This document shows, piece by piece, positions 35,893 through 51,358 of a DNA stretch of 64,000 nucleotides. Location of the stretch: NCBI RefSeq assembly GCF_009914755.1, contig NC_060931.1. One strand, given 5' to 3'. Within the stretch, counting starts at the first letter, position 1. Each line of letters begins with the position of its first letter. The notes under the pieces are model-generated. The model saw only the letters and a list, made by a program, of their open reading frames with translations, did no database searches and had not been told where the DNA came from. This DNA is from the human T2T-CHM13v2.0 reference genome, Homo sapiens. A program made the translations under genes and the position numbers.

Positions 35893-36530
35893 GGTGACCT
35901 GAAAGGAAGAAGCTGGAGCAAAATTAATACAATTAGAGGGTTTATTTGAATCAAGCTTGAGGATTGCAACTGGGAGCACAGATTTGAGTTGCTCTGAATA
36001 TACCCTCTGATTAGCAGCAGTTAAAAGTGCATTTTTCCAGCCTGGACAACATAGCCAGACCTCGTGTCTGCTAAAATTAAAAAAAATTAGCCAGGCATCA
36101 TGGTACATGCCTATAGTCACAGCTATTTTGGGGGCTGAGGCAGAAGGATCACTTGAGCTGGGAAGTCGAAGCTGCCGTGAGCCCTGATCGTGCCACTGCA
36201 CTCCAGCCCGGGCAACTGAGTGAGACCTTGTCTCAAAAAAAAAAAAAAAAAAAAAAATTTTAAACGGAAGGAAGAAGCAGTTCCTGAGTTGTTTACTGAG
36301 AATTTATGTTAAAATAACATAAACTGTTGATTGGCTATACATTGTTCTTTGTATCACAAATTCCAGAAACATGAAGATAAATGAGTGAGGCAGCTAGTCA
36401 GGAAGAAAATGACTTTAAACAGTTGCCCCCAGGCTTGGGTGTAGGGGTTTGACTCAAGTCCTATACTCACGTGTCTGTGCTTGCCTACCTCACATGGCTC
36501 AGACTGCTCGGAGCTCTTTTTCTTTTCACA
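35893..36530. mobile_element. ERV1-type MER LTR (subfamily uncertain) with a 5'-truncated Alu at 36037-36257
   Basis: tgacctgaaaggaagaagctg..aaaattaat..gtttattt..gaggattgcaac..tttcttttcaca. Confidence 0.5.
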
Positions 36531-36912
36531 CAATTGTTATTTAACCTTTATTGAGTTGTGGAATATCTGGCTAGATGGCACTTGGGGAAAACTGAGGTCC
36601 AGAGAACTCAGTAACTTATTCAAGAGCACACAGCTCTTAGTATCAGAACTTGGATCTAGAACCCAATTATCTTGATGCTTAGTCATTGCTTTTTATCTGC
36701 TGTACTTCCTGTACCATATATTACAGTGTACTGAGTACTTAGAGACAAAGAATGTTGCCACATTTTTTCCTTAAGAGTGTTTACATATGACCAAGTGACC
36801 TGTGTGGCCACATACTGCTTTACATTTCTATTTAAATTACAGATTTTTGAGCATATGTTGGTGCTAGAAGAGAGACATTAAGCTTCAGCATTTTTTAGTC
36901 CAAAGGAAAGCT

Positions 36913-37225
<313 letters not shown>

Positions 37226-37523
37226 AAAGCTTCATCTTGGAGGAAGTAGGATTTGAGCTGATTTAGAAGGATGTATGAGTGGAGAAAAGAATGGAATAGG
37301 AATAATAATAACACACGCAAAGTGTCAGGGGTGGAAATACATTGTTTTCTGAGCCTAGTGAGAGTCATGCCAGAACAGACAAATTTGTTTCAGAATAATG
37401 AGAGATGTACATGGTAACATTTATGTAGTATTTGATAGAATTTCTGTAACATGGGGATTGGTTAAAAATCTGACAATGTGGGAGACCATATTTGTACAAA
37501 GAATACTCATAGGCATTATTATA

Positions 37524-38322
<799 letters not shown>

Positions 38323-38430
38323 TATTTGATTGAGATTCCGTAAAGGCAGACTTAACATACCATCTCTTCTGTACTCATCTTTTCCCACCACCCTGGTCTT
38401 TGGCATTTTGTGTGGAAATCAATACAGCAA

Positions 38431-38912
38431 ATAAAGACACATGCACACATATGTTTATTGTGGCACTGTTCACAATAGCAAGGACTTGGAACCAACCCAA
38501 ATGCCCATCAGTGATAGACTGGATAAAGAAAATGTGGCACAGGTACAACATGGAATACTATGCAGCCATAAAAAAGGATGTCCTTTGCAGGGACATGGAT
38601 GATGCTGGAAACCATCATTGTCAGCAAACTAACACAAGAACAGAAAACCAAATGCTGCATGTTCTCACTCATAAGTGGGAGTTGAACAGTAAGAACACAT
38701 GGAGACAGGGAGGGAAACATCATACACCAGGGCCGGTCGGGGTGGGGGGCTTGGGGAAGGATAGCGTTAGGAGAAATACCTAATGTAGATGACAGGTTGA
38801 TGGGTGCAGCAAACCACCATTGCACGTGTATACCTATGTAACAAACCTGCACATTCTGCACATGTACCCCAAAACTTAAAGTATAATAAAAAAAGCAAAA
38901 AAAAAAAAAAAA
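38431..38912 (+). mobile_element. 5'-truncated L1PA 3' end
   Basis: KDTCTHMFIVALFTIARTWNQPKCPS ORF2 C-terminus; L1PA 3'UTR ..aacttaaagtataata + poly-A. Confidence 0.92.
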
Positions 38913-40918
38913 GAATTTCAGATATTTTGTTAAGGTGTGACAATTAAATCTATGTCAAGGATAGTGTTAGCTTAGAGTTAACTGCCTAATGTTATGCCTG
39001 CAGTTAGCCCTATGGTTTTAGGATTGGATTATTTCTAAATAAATAAAGATTATGCATCATAATACCCATCCTTGTATCAGATCAGTTGATCAAAAAAGAT
39101 TAAGATCCTCTATTAAAGGTCCCCAGTAGGTTTTTTATGCTTTTTTCTGTAAATAAACTTTAATATGATCATTTAACATTAAACCTGAGCTATCATGACA
39201 ATACAGTCTATGAACCTGTATTCCTGGACTGTCATAGAATCAAAGAAGTTGGAAAGGCTTTAGAAATAATCTTCATTATTCCTGAAATAATTTGACTTGT
39301 TAATCCTTGTTGATTATACCCACGTGTAATTGGGTATCTTTGAGTGCTTTGTCAGATAGCTGGTTCAGAAATCTATCTTAGCATGCTGTAAAACCTGTTT
39401 TAAAAATAGGTATGAGCCATTCAGTGTGACTGAAAGGTTGTTGACACAATGGAAAAACTATTAAATGAGTTTGCACAGAAAATCACCATTACTGAAGAAA
39501 GGTTTTTTTATTTTAAACAGAAAATTCGTTGAATTTTTATTTCTATAGACCCAAATAAATACAGTTTAAAATATTTAGAACACTTTATATAACTAGAATA
39601 CTGTTAGATTTTTGGTATTTATCTAAGTGTAGCTTGGTAAACAAATATATAAAGTCTTTGCGATTATTTTCTTGTGAGGCAGGCAGTGTTTTTCAAACTT
39701 TCATTTGAGCTTTTTCTTTTAAAAAATACTATTATTTATATGTGAACATTTAAATATTCCCTAAATATATTAAATATCTGATATGTTTAATAGAGTGATA
39801 AAATCCTTTCACATTTTGTGTATGAAATGTATATTATTTACATTGTTGGGGGTTAGGAAAGAGGATCTTTATTTTGTTAGATAATCTGGAATATTTGTCA
39901 ATAAAGATTGGGTAAAGTGAAAAGAGGGTAAAGTGAAAAGTTGATATTCTCATATTTTTGTACCATTTTTCATAGTTTGCTTGAGGGGATAGGTTATAAC
40001 CAATCTGGAAAGCATTCACAGTTGTCATGACAAACAAATACAATGAAGGTGTAGTGTGTATTGCATAGTCCCCTAGCAAAATCAGTGGGGCAAACCTCTG
40101 GGATACAAGGTGGTTGAAGTTAATAAATCATACTCAAAGGCTTCCAGGACAGAAAAACAAAAATGGGAGATTTTAAGTCAGTAAGGGAAAGCTTCCTCAA
40201 AAAACCCTCGTGAGAGAAATGAAGATAGCCACACCTGACTGAGAAATTAAGTGGAGGTGAACTTTGAAATCTGTAAATAATCCATGTGTATGTAATTGAG
40301 AATTGACATTGTGACCTTATGATAATTGGATAGCTATTTTTATTTTCAATGTGAACAAAAACTGATTGCATGTATTTCTCCTTAAACTGCTATGTTTAAA
40401 AAAGGAAATATAAATACTTCTAGTTCCTAGATTGGGGAATTTTTTATATGAAAATTGATGTTAAAAATAATTATAATTGAAAACCTACTGTATGTCCTGG
40501 ACTGTGGCAGGCATCTTATATATATTATTTATTGGTTACAAAGATCCTATAAGGGGTGGGGAGGTACAGTTATTTCTAGTTTATAAGTGAAAGAAACAGG
40601 TTGAGAGAAATTCCGTGACTTATTCAATATTACATAATAGATAGTAGAGCTAATATTTGAATTCAGGTATTTTGACTCTAACCTTCTTTTCTTTCCATTA
40701 TGTTAGGCTGTTTGTCAGGAATTTCAAAACATAGTTTGCTTGAATTTGATCAGTTAGAGTCACTAATATCTTAGGAAAGGTTATAAAATAATTTGGTTTA
40801 TAACAGTCAAAAATACAGGCATTGAATAAATTCTGCTTTAAATTTTAGAGGTTTATCGTCTAAACATTTGAACTTGTTGATAATTTTTATTGTATCTGAA
40901 TCTTAATATGCTCAAAAA

Positions 40919-40967
40919 GCATGCATGCTCCCACTCATGCATGCTCCCACTCATCATGCATGCTCCC
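40919..40967 (+). repeat. Short 3-copy repeat catgcatgctccc(act)
   Basis: Seen directly. Confidence 0.85.
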
Positions 40968-41361
40968 AAGAGTGGTATATAAAACCTCCGGTACTTTGTT
41001 TACTGAGGCAAACTAGTGGTAGCGTTTCTACAGTTGCAGATCTGTATGTGCTAGGATTGGCTCAGCAGGGTGCTTTACCCCCAGGATTTCCCTGAGATCA
41101 TCCTGTGTGTCCTTGGATGATTTTGGTTTGTAATGAGTTCTGCAGCCAATAACTGCTTTTGAACCTGTTTTAGGCTCATCCTTAACACTAGACCAGAGGT
41201 AACCTCTATGCCAGTGTCATCTTGTGACTAAAATAGTATTCTGGAGTTGATGGGAATCAGTCTCAAATAACCTCTAGGGTTAAGGAATCATTAAGTTTAG
41301 TACCTATCCTGTTTTAGACAAACACAGAAAAGATGCTTATGAAATGGTTTTTGGTATTTGT

Positions 41362-41556
41362 CTTAGTTTGATTATTTTTAAAAGAGATTTGCAGAGTTAT
41401 AGAACATATCAGCAGTTTTAATCTGTTTCTTGTAAGTTACAATTCAGTAGCTTAATTTTTTTCAATAAAATAAACTTTTAGGGACTGTATTTTATAAACT
41501 GAAATATTAAAGAGTTTTTTTGATCTTTGAGGATTAATTGTCATAACTACTTAAAT
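41362..41556 (+). repeat. Diverged direct repeat, copy 1
   Basis: Aligns with 42503-42700 (shared tgtttcttgtaagttacaattca, aaactgaaatattaaag). Confidence 0.8.
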
Positions 41557-42142
41557 GACAGTTAGCAAACTGTGATATCTGGGAAGTCTTTAGTGTTAAT
41601 TATTCCTGTGTATTAACTCTAATATTGGCTTAGTATTTAACATAAATACTTTTTGGCTCTTGGGTTATTTTAATTCAGTTTTGTGTTTACTGAGTGTCAG
41701 GGAAAATTAAATATCATTATAAATTCTGTCATCTCTGTTAAGCCATCCTTTAGCAATGGTAACTGACACTGGTTTTTAGAAACAAACTACATTACTGATT
41801 GAATGAATTGGTTTCTTGTATGTGGATTTTTAGATGAACAATTTCTGGTATAACCTAGGAAATTCTGAAATTTCTTTAAAAGATTAAAAAAAATTCAATC
41901 TATTTTGTAAGAAAACAAGTGTTATTTATTCATGCAAATAGAACTTTCTATTATTGTGGCAACTGATTTTTGTTTACTTAAGAGAACCTGTTGCTAAAAT
42001 AGTAATGAGGAAGAGTGTAATATAAGTCTCGTCATACACCCCTTGCTCTGCAAGTAACCAGAGTGCTATGTCTGCATGCTGTTCAGTCTCTTTTTGGAAG
42101 GTGGGAAATAAAGTCATTTGTATGTTTTTCTCTCTTGCACAG

Positions 42143-42222
42143 CCTAAAATGACCAATGTGTGATTTCAGTGGAATAAATGGCGTCCAAAGTCACAGATGC
42201 TATAGTCTGGTATCAAAAGAAG
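42143..42222 (+). other. PHTF2: PHTF2 exon 2 (35 nt 5'UTR + 45 nt CDS)
   Basis: Acceptor tttttctctcttgcacAG (AG 42141-42142); donor AAG|GTAAGT at 42222/42223. Confidence 0.92.
42178..42222 (+). CDS. PHTF2: PHTF2 N-terminus MASKVTDAIVWYQKK (phase-0 exon end)
   Basis: ATG GCG TCC AAA GTC ACA GAT GCT ATA GTC TGG TAT CAA AAG AAG matches the recalled PHTF2 N-terminus; in-frame TAA immediately upstream. Confidence 0.93.
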
Positions 42223-42502
42223 GTAAGTTGATAGTCAAAACTTTTAGCTTTCTAAATGTTTGAATTTCAAAAATACATGTTTATTTCATGCTATAGATGT
42301 TAGGATTTTGAGTGGGAAAGGAAGATTATTTTTATTTTTCTTGTACTTATTTTACTTCTAAATAAATTGGAAAGATGATGCTTAAACATATTTTTTCTCT
42401 ACTTTTTACTCTACAATAGCAAAGTAGCTAGATTAATTATAATAGAAAGCAAATCTCCAGGAGTGGATAAAATTAGCATTTTATAAAAACATTAACACTT
42501 TC

Positions 42503-42700
42503 CTTAGTTTAATTTTTTAAAAGAAAGATTAGCAGAGCTGTTACATAACTTATATCAATAGTTTTTAATTTGTTTCTTGTAAGTTACAATTCAATAGCTG
42601 AATGTTTCAGTAAAATAAAGTTTTGGGAACTCTATTTTACAAACTGAAATATTAAAGTGTTTATTTTGATGTTTTAGGATTGTCGTACCTACTTTAAATA
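42503..42700 (+). repeat. Diverged direct repeat, copy 2
   Basis: See copy 1. Confidence 0.8.
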
Positions 42701-42945
42701 GCTGTATCATCTTATATATTTCAGAATAAGCTTTACCAATGTAATGTTTTTCTTTATAAAGTCCAAAAGAATATAGGCATTTTTTGACAATACAATAAAC
42801 TGTTTGCTCCTAATGAGTGTTGTTTATATTCTTTAAAATTTATGTTGTTTTGTGTAATACCTTAGATCTTTTGTGTACATAGTGGATTATATTTGTGTTC
42901 ACATTTTAAAACATTTTTATACCTTATTCTTCAGGTCTCTATTAA

Positions 42946-43317
<372 letters not shown>

Positions 43318-43406
43318 TGATTTTTAAGTTTTGTTCAATTGAAAATAAGTGATAATTAAAACACTTTAAAAGTTAGACAAACTAAGAATATGGCCTTTTT
43401 AAAAAT

Positions 43407-43530
43407 ATTTTTTGAGACAGGATCTCACTCTGTTGCCCAGGCTTGAGTGCAGTTGCACACTCATGGCTCACTGCAACCTTAACCTCTTGGGCTCATGTGG
43501 TCCTCCTACCTAAACCTCCCTTAGTAGATG
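43407..43530 (-). mobile_element. Alu right-arm fragment
   Basis: tgagacaggatctcactctgttgcccaggct.. Confidence 0.75.
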
Positions 43531-44124
43531 GCATGGGATTATGGTCTGTTTTTAGATGTGTTATTTGTTTTCTGGGTAGAACATGCCATAGGTATACAAT
43601 TATATTTTTCATATGAGGTACTTTATTGGAAGTATTGATATTGATATACTATTAATTGTCTTTTGTGTTTGTTAGTGCCTCCTTTTAAACTTTTAAACTT
43701 CCAATCAAGTTAAAAATCAGTCTGCTTAGCTAAAGAGCTAAAGAAAATTGTAAGTTAAGGAAAACAAAACAAAACAAACTTTAAAAATTTTCCTGTCTAT
43801 ATCTTTGAAAGTTTTTCTCTTTCCTAATTTCTATCTACGGGAGTAATAAACATTTTCTCTGTTTGGCTTTTTACATTAAACACTTTAGACTTTACTGAAG
43901 ATCATTTATAGAACATACTTGATTGACCTTTCTTGGGATCAGAGGGTTTGAAATATTATACTCAGATTCAGTTAGCCCTGTAACTGAAGTTAGCCCTGTA
44001 ATTGAAATGACCCTCTTATCCAAGGGTCATTTACCTGACAGCTTTGGATACATGCAACCAAAATATTCTCCAGAGCAACTATAGGAAATGTCATAAAATA
44101 TACTAGCAAATGTAATCACATATT

Positions 44125-44350
44125 CTATTATATATATATTTATTTATTTTTGAGACAGGGTCTCACTCTGTTAACACAGTCTGGAGTGCTGTGGCACAAT
44201 CACGGCTCACCGCAGCCTTGACCTCCTGGGTTCAAGTGAACCTCTCACCTCAGCCTCCCAAGTAGCTGGGACTACAGGCATGTGCCACTATGCCCAGCTA
44301 GATCTTGTATTTTTAGTAGAGACGGGGTTTTGCCATGTTGCCCAGGCTTA
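44125..44350 (-). mobile_element. Truncated AluJ
   Basis: Right arm plus part of left arm. Confidence 0.85.
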
Positions 44351-44694
44351 TCACATAAATTAGGGAGTTGCCAGAACCATTAACTGGATTTGATTTGCTC
44401 TATTTTTTTCCTTTTGCTTTTAAATTTAATTTTATTGAAGAAATACATGTGATACTTTGAAAGATTAGTGTTTCAAGGATTATTGCAAAAAAAAAGCAGC
44501 CTGCAATACTATCCATCCCTATCCTTACCTAACCTTTGAGTTTTGCTCCCCCAGAGGCAATCATTTTAAAGTCTTTATAGCTCATTGGTTCTGAAACCAA
44601 AGTTCTCCCACTCCTCATCCTAATAACTTTTGATGGAATACTGGCATTTATGGGTGGGAGTCAGAGATACAAAATGTCGTACAACATTCTAAAC

Positions 44695-44925
44695 TAGGAT
44701 TGGATTGACTGACTTTTTCTTTAAAGGGCCAGATAGTAAATAATTTAGGTTTTGAGTCATAGGTCTCTGCTGCAACCACTCAACCTTGCCTTGCCATTGT
44801 AGCACAAAAGCAGCCATAGACACTATATAAAATTAATGAGCATGGCTGTGTTCCAGTAAAACTTAATTTACAAAAGCAGGCAAGGGTCTAGATTTGACCT
44901 GTAGGCCTTGATTTGCTGACCCACA
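44695..44925 (+). mobile_element. MER58A (hAT MITE)
   Basis: ttttctttaaagggccagatagtaaata..aaagcagccatagac..ggctgtgttccagtaaaactt..ttgctgaccc. Confidence 0.85.
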
Positions 44926-45877
44926 CTCTAAGACAGCCTTTGTTGAATAACACCATTTTTAAAAATGATATTTCATGTTTTGAAGCATGCCTGCCTTGTT
45001 TTTTCTTGGTCATTTTATTGTAGATGTTACTTGTTGACTTCTGACTATATGATTAGGATTTAGCTTTTTTATAAGCTTCCCCTAAGTTTCCCCCCTCTAT
45101 CATCCCAGTGACTCCAAATTTTGGTAAAATCAGTATTTGGTGCTTACATTATTATGTTTGTGTATGTATCATTTAAAGATATGTTATGTTGTAATATTTC
45201 CAATCTGTGTAACTTTTTTTCCCCTTTGCTTGGTTTTACGAATTCTTTTTCTAAGTCTCTGATGAAATTGTAACACTTCTCTTATTGCAGTCAGTCATAT
45301 TCAGGTTTATCTCTTCCCTTTTTCCTTTCTTGGAACTGACTCTCCTAGAATTCTCTGTTCATCTAGTCCATACTGAATAGATTGTTCTTAAGTCATGTCT
45401 CCCGGCTGCCATCTTAGTATTTTCTTTTATCATTAGCCTGAGGGTTCCCCTCACTGGCTTAGGTCACACAGATCTGTTTTTCTCTTAAATATATGCTTAC
45501 TAAAAAAAATTTTTAGAGGCATTTGTACTTCAGTGAAATGAAGGCAGGAGAACTGCAGCTGTACTTACTGATTATTTAACCACAGGTGAATAACTTTATT
45601 TCTTTGAGTCTCAATTTCCACTTTTCTACATTGACTAGCTAATGGTTCTCAGCCTCTTTTCAATCATGGACCCCTTTGTGTTGAAAGCCAAGGATCATAT
45701 TTTGAGAAAAATGTATACAATATACATATACAGAAAATAACACATCTGTCTTAAAACCCAGGTTAAGAAGTCCTGGATTATATGATTTTTAAAAGTTTTA
45801 ATATTATAATGTTCTTTGATTTTGTGACTATCATTCAATAGTATCCAGCTTATACTGAGTAGTATCCTTGTAAATAA

Positions 45878-46225
<348 letters not shown>

Positions 46226-46454
46226 TAACTCACTTTAGAGTCACCTTTCTCCACTAGAAAATTGTGACGTTTTTATATTTATGATTTGAATACTGAATGG
46301 CCAAAAACCATCACTTGATTTGTAGACTCTTTTGAACATGAGCTCTAATATCAGATGTGAAATTTCCAGGAGAAAATGAAAACAAACTTTGAAATTATTA
46401 TAAATGCGTACAGAAATTCTACTTAATTATCAAGTATTTTTGAATAAGTTATTC

Positions 46455-46755
46455 TTTTGTTTTGTTTTTTTGTTGAGACAGAGTTTCACTCTTTCACCCT
46501 GGCTGGAGTCAGTGGTACGATCTTGGCTCACAGCAACCTCTGCCTCTTGGGTTCAAGCAATTCTCCTGCCTCAGCCTCCCCAGTAGCTGGGATTACAGGC
46601 AGGTGCTACTACGGCCAGCTAATTTTTGTATTTTTAGTAGTGATGAGGTTTTGCTGTGTTGGCCAGGCTGGTCTCGAAATCTTGACCTCATGCGATTTGC
46701 CCACCGTAGCCTCCTAAAGTGCTGGGATTACAGGCATGAGCCATTGCACCCGGCC
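46455..46755 (-). mobile_element. AluS
   Basis: Antisense dimer, TSD tRaataaRttattct. Confidence 0.92.
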
Positions 46756-48465
46756 TAAATAAATTATTCTATGCATGGTTTATTTTGACATTTTAAAAGT
46801 CCTTTAATATCCAATTTTAAACTTCATTTTATCCTATTGTAGCCTTCATAGTTATGAATAATTTTAAAATTCCTGTTGGTCCAGAGTAATTTTCAGTTAT
46901 TAACTTGGAGGAACTGTTAATGCAACAAGAATGACAACAGGGGAGAAACCAGAATAGTTTTTAGTTAATAATGAGCTGTTGAATGTGTTTTGTGGCAAAA
47001 TACTCTGCTTTCATATATCTAGTTTCTCATTTCCAAGGAGAGGGAATGGAGTTACTTATCTTTTGGAAGTTATTTGAAATAGGGACCTGAAATTACATGT
47101 ATTGAAAGATAATTGACACACTAAGTATTCCTTTAAACAATATAGTGACCTGTAAGATTCCACTGTGACTGTGCAGATAAAATTATGAGAGAATGAGGTT
47201 CTATTTTCACTAGGTAAATATATAAGAGAAGAGTGGCTTAGAAAAACTCCCCAAATTTAAAAGGGAAAAAAAGCACTGGCAACATTGTATAGTCATAGTA
47301 AAACAGTGAATTTAGCTTATAGGGCTGAGGAAGAACTGTATGATACAGATCTTGGTCATTGTCTTTAAGGAGTCAGTTGCCAATGAGAAAACTAATGAAT
47401 ATGTTTAATGGCCTTTAAATATGAGCCAGCTTTGGGATTCATTTAGTAATTTAAATGAGAAACTAGCCTGAGTAACATGAACTTGACTGGTAACTGCTAT
47501 CAATTGTAAATAGTTGGGAACTTTAAATTTTCCACCTTTTTGGTAAAGTTCAGCCATGTTAATGTGTGTGTGGGGATGCACACGTGTGTGTGTGTATGTG
47601 TGTGTACTTAAGTATGTGTAGGGCATTTCAGAGTACTAACTTGCCTAAGATTGCACAGATGGCTCAAAAGTATTAAGTCTCAGCTTTCAACTCCAAAACC
47701 ATGTGCAGTCATTTAATATTATCCTTCCTCCATCAGTCTCCTGGATTCTTTCGCAGGTAAGACAAATCTAACTCAAACTATCTTAAAGGGGAAATTTATT
47801 GGCTTTCAAGCTAAACCGTGCTGAGTAGTGAAGCTTTTCTCAGGGTTTACTTAATCCCAAGACCAGAGCACCATCAGATGTGTCCGTCTGCCTCTTTTTT
47901 TCCTATTGCTTTTCTAGAGTTGGCTTATTCCTTCCCATCACAGATGCCTTTCTCCATGTTGTGAGAATAAGCCCCAAGGTCCCTCCATACCCCTTCTCTT
48001 TTAGCTCCTTGAGAAGAAAGGATGTGTGGAGGACCGCCATATGGGGGTTTCCTACCCAAAATTATTCCTGACCTTTTTTCCTGGTGGAAGAGCCTCTATT
48101 TTGTTAAGGAATTCATTCCTCTCCACAGGTCTTACAGCCAAAGAATGTGTATCCGAAGTCTCAGAGGGGGTGAATCCTGATAAGTCTAACCCAATCATGG
48201 CATTCTGTTTCCCTTGCCAGTGACTGGCATAGAATGGGGCATGTATTCCAATTATGGCTAATGAGAAATGAAGCCTTCTGGGAAAAGTCTCTCACATCCT
48301 AAAAACAACCAATAATAATAATAGCAAACCTTATGTGATGCTTATTATGTGCCACTTTTTCAATGCTTTACATATATTAAATAACACAGTATAATGATAT
48401 GAAATAGAGGGTTGCCTTCCTGTCTTGGGACATTGGTGGGTGAGGCACTGTTGCCTGAAATTAGT

Positions 48466-48582
48466 TTCCCTTCCCTTCCCTCCCCTCCCCTCCCCTCGCC
48501 TCCCCTCGCCTCCCCTCGCCTCCCTTCCCCTCCCTTCCCCTTCCCTCCCCTCCCCTCCCCTTCCCTTCCGTTCCCTTCTCTT
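48466..48582 (+). repeat. (CCCCT/CCCTT)n polypyrimidine tract at an Alu tail position
   Basis: ~115 bp of almost pure C/T pentamers abutting the antisense Alu. Confidence 0.9.
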
Positions 48583-48589
48583 CCTGCCT

Positions 48590-48860
48590 ATCTCGCTCTG
48601 TCACTCAGGCTGTTGTGCAGTGACACAGTCATGGCTTACTGCAGTCTCCAACTCCTGGGCTTAAGCAGTCCTCTTGCTCAGCCTTCCGAGTAGCTGGGAC
48701 TACAGACTTGCACTATCATGCCCAGGTAGTTTTCTTCCTTTTTTGTAGAGGCTGGGTCTTGCTCTGTTGCCCAAGTTGGTCTTGAACTCCTGGCTTCAAG
48801 TGATCCTTTTGCCTCAGCCTCCCAAAGTGTCGACATTGCAGGCATGAGCCTGCAAGCCTG
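48590..48860 (-). mobile_element. AluJ
   Basis: Diverged antisense dimer. Confidence 0.85.
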
Positions 48861-50946
48861 AAGCTTTTATAGTGACTTAGTTCCCATGAAAGGAGCTTTC
48901 TAATAGGCTGAGGATGTCAGAAATGAAAGATGGAAAGAAAACTTGAGCTTTTTAGGACTTTATGAACCATAAAATTAATCAGTTCTGAAAGTGACCTAAT
49001 TTGGGATTTCTTACTGTATGAGAGAATAAATCTCTGTATTTTTTCAGTCATTTGAAGTTGGGTTTTTTAGTTTCTTGTTTCTGAAAGCATCCTAAGTGAT
49101 ACACAGAAGTGCTTTCTGATGGGGTATGGCTTTCTATACAGTCCTCTTGCCTTGGCTGGTTATAGTAGTAGAGAGAAAATTAAGATCTACCAAAAAGAAG
49201 TACTGAACCATAGACAAATGCGCTTATTACATTTTCACTTTTATGTCCTTTTCTTGAATGTAATTTTAAACTACCATGCTTTATAGTATGATAAGGTTAA
49301 AAGAGCACTGTGTATAGCATCGCGACCTCTATTTGATTTTGTGACATTTACCAGCTTATGATATTGAACATGTTATTTAATTTTTCTGAGCCTTAGTTTT
49401 TTCTTTTGTAAGCTGCAGATAGTAATGCTTCCCTTGGATGAATCACACAGGTTGTGACAGAATAAGTCAACTTTAAATATGATTTTTAAATCTATGTTCA
49501 TGTTTATAGGTACATAGTAGGTTTAAATATTTGTGGGGTACATGAGATATTTTGATACAAACATATAATCACATCACTGTAAATGGAGTATCCATCACTT
49601 CAAGCGTTTATCATTTCTTTGTGTTCCAAACATTCTAATTATACCCTTTTAGTTATTTTAAATTGTAGAGTAAATTATTGTTGACTGTAGTCACCCTGTT
49701 ATGCTATCAAGTACTGGATCTTATTCATTCTATCTAACTGTGGTTTTGCACCCATTAACCATCTCTGTTTCCCATCCCTACTACCCTTCCCAGCCTCTGG
49801 TAATGATCACTCTACTCTACATTTTCATGAGTTCAATTCTTTTAATTTTTAGCTCCCACAAATTAGTGAGAACCTGTGAAGTTTGTCTCTCTGTGCCTGG
49901 CTTATTTCACTTAATATAATGTCCTCCAGTTCCATTCATGTTGTTGCACATGTCGGGATCTCATTCTTTCTTACGACGGAATACTACTCCATTGTGTATA
50001 TGTACCAATTTTCTTTATCCATTCATTCATTGATGGACACTTAGGTTGGTTCCAAATCTTGGTTATCATGAATATTGCTGCAGTGAACATGGGAGTGCAG
50101 ATATCTCTTCAGTATACTAATTTCCTATTTTGGGGTATATACCTAGGAGTGGGCTTGCTGGATCATATGGTAGTTCTATTTTTAGTTTTTCAAGGAACCT
50201 CCGTACTGTTCTCCATAGTGGCTGTACTAATTTGCATTCCTGTCAACGATGTACAGGGATTCCCATTTCTCCACATCCTTGCCGGCATTTGTTGTTGCCT
50301 GTCTTCTGGAGAAAAGCCATTTTGACTGAGGTAAGATGATATCTCACTGTAGTTTTGATTTGCATTTCTCTGATGATCCATGATGTGAAGCACCTTTTCA
50401 TATACCTGTTTGCCATTTGTGTGTCTTCTTTTGAGAAATGTCTATTCAGACCTTTTGCCCATTTTTAAAATGGATTATTAGATTTTTTTCCTATAGAGTT
50501 GTTTGAGCTCCTTGTATATTCTGGTTGTTAATTCATTGTCAGATGGGTAGTTTGCAAATATTTTCTATCATTCTGTAGGTTGTCTCTTTGTTGATATTTT
50601 CCTTTGCTCTGCAGAAGCTTTTTAACTTGGTGTAATTGCATTTGTCCATTTTTACTTTGGTTGCCTGTGCTTTGGTAGTATTACTCAAGAAACCTTTGCC
50701 CAGTCCATTATCTTGGAGAGTTTCCCCAATGTTTTCTTGTAGTAGTTTCATAGTTTAAAGTCTTAGATTTAAATATTTAATCAATTTTGATTTGATTTTT
50801 GTATATGATGAGAGATAGGAGTCTAGTTTCATTCTTCTGCATAGGGATATCCAGTTTTCCCAGCATCATTTATTGAAGAGACTACTTTCACCATTTGTTG
50901 AAGAGAACATCCATCGTGATGTTCTTGGTACCTTTGTTGAAAATGA

Positions 50947-51358
<412 letters not shown>

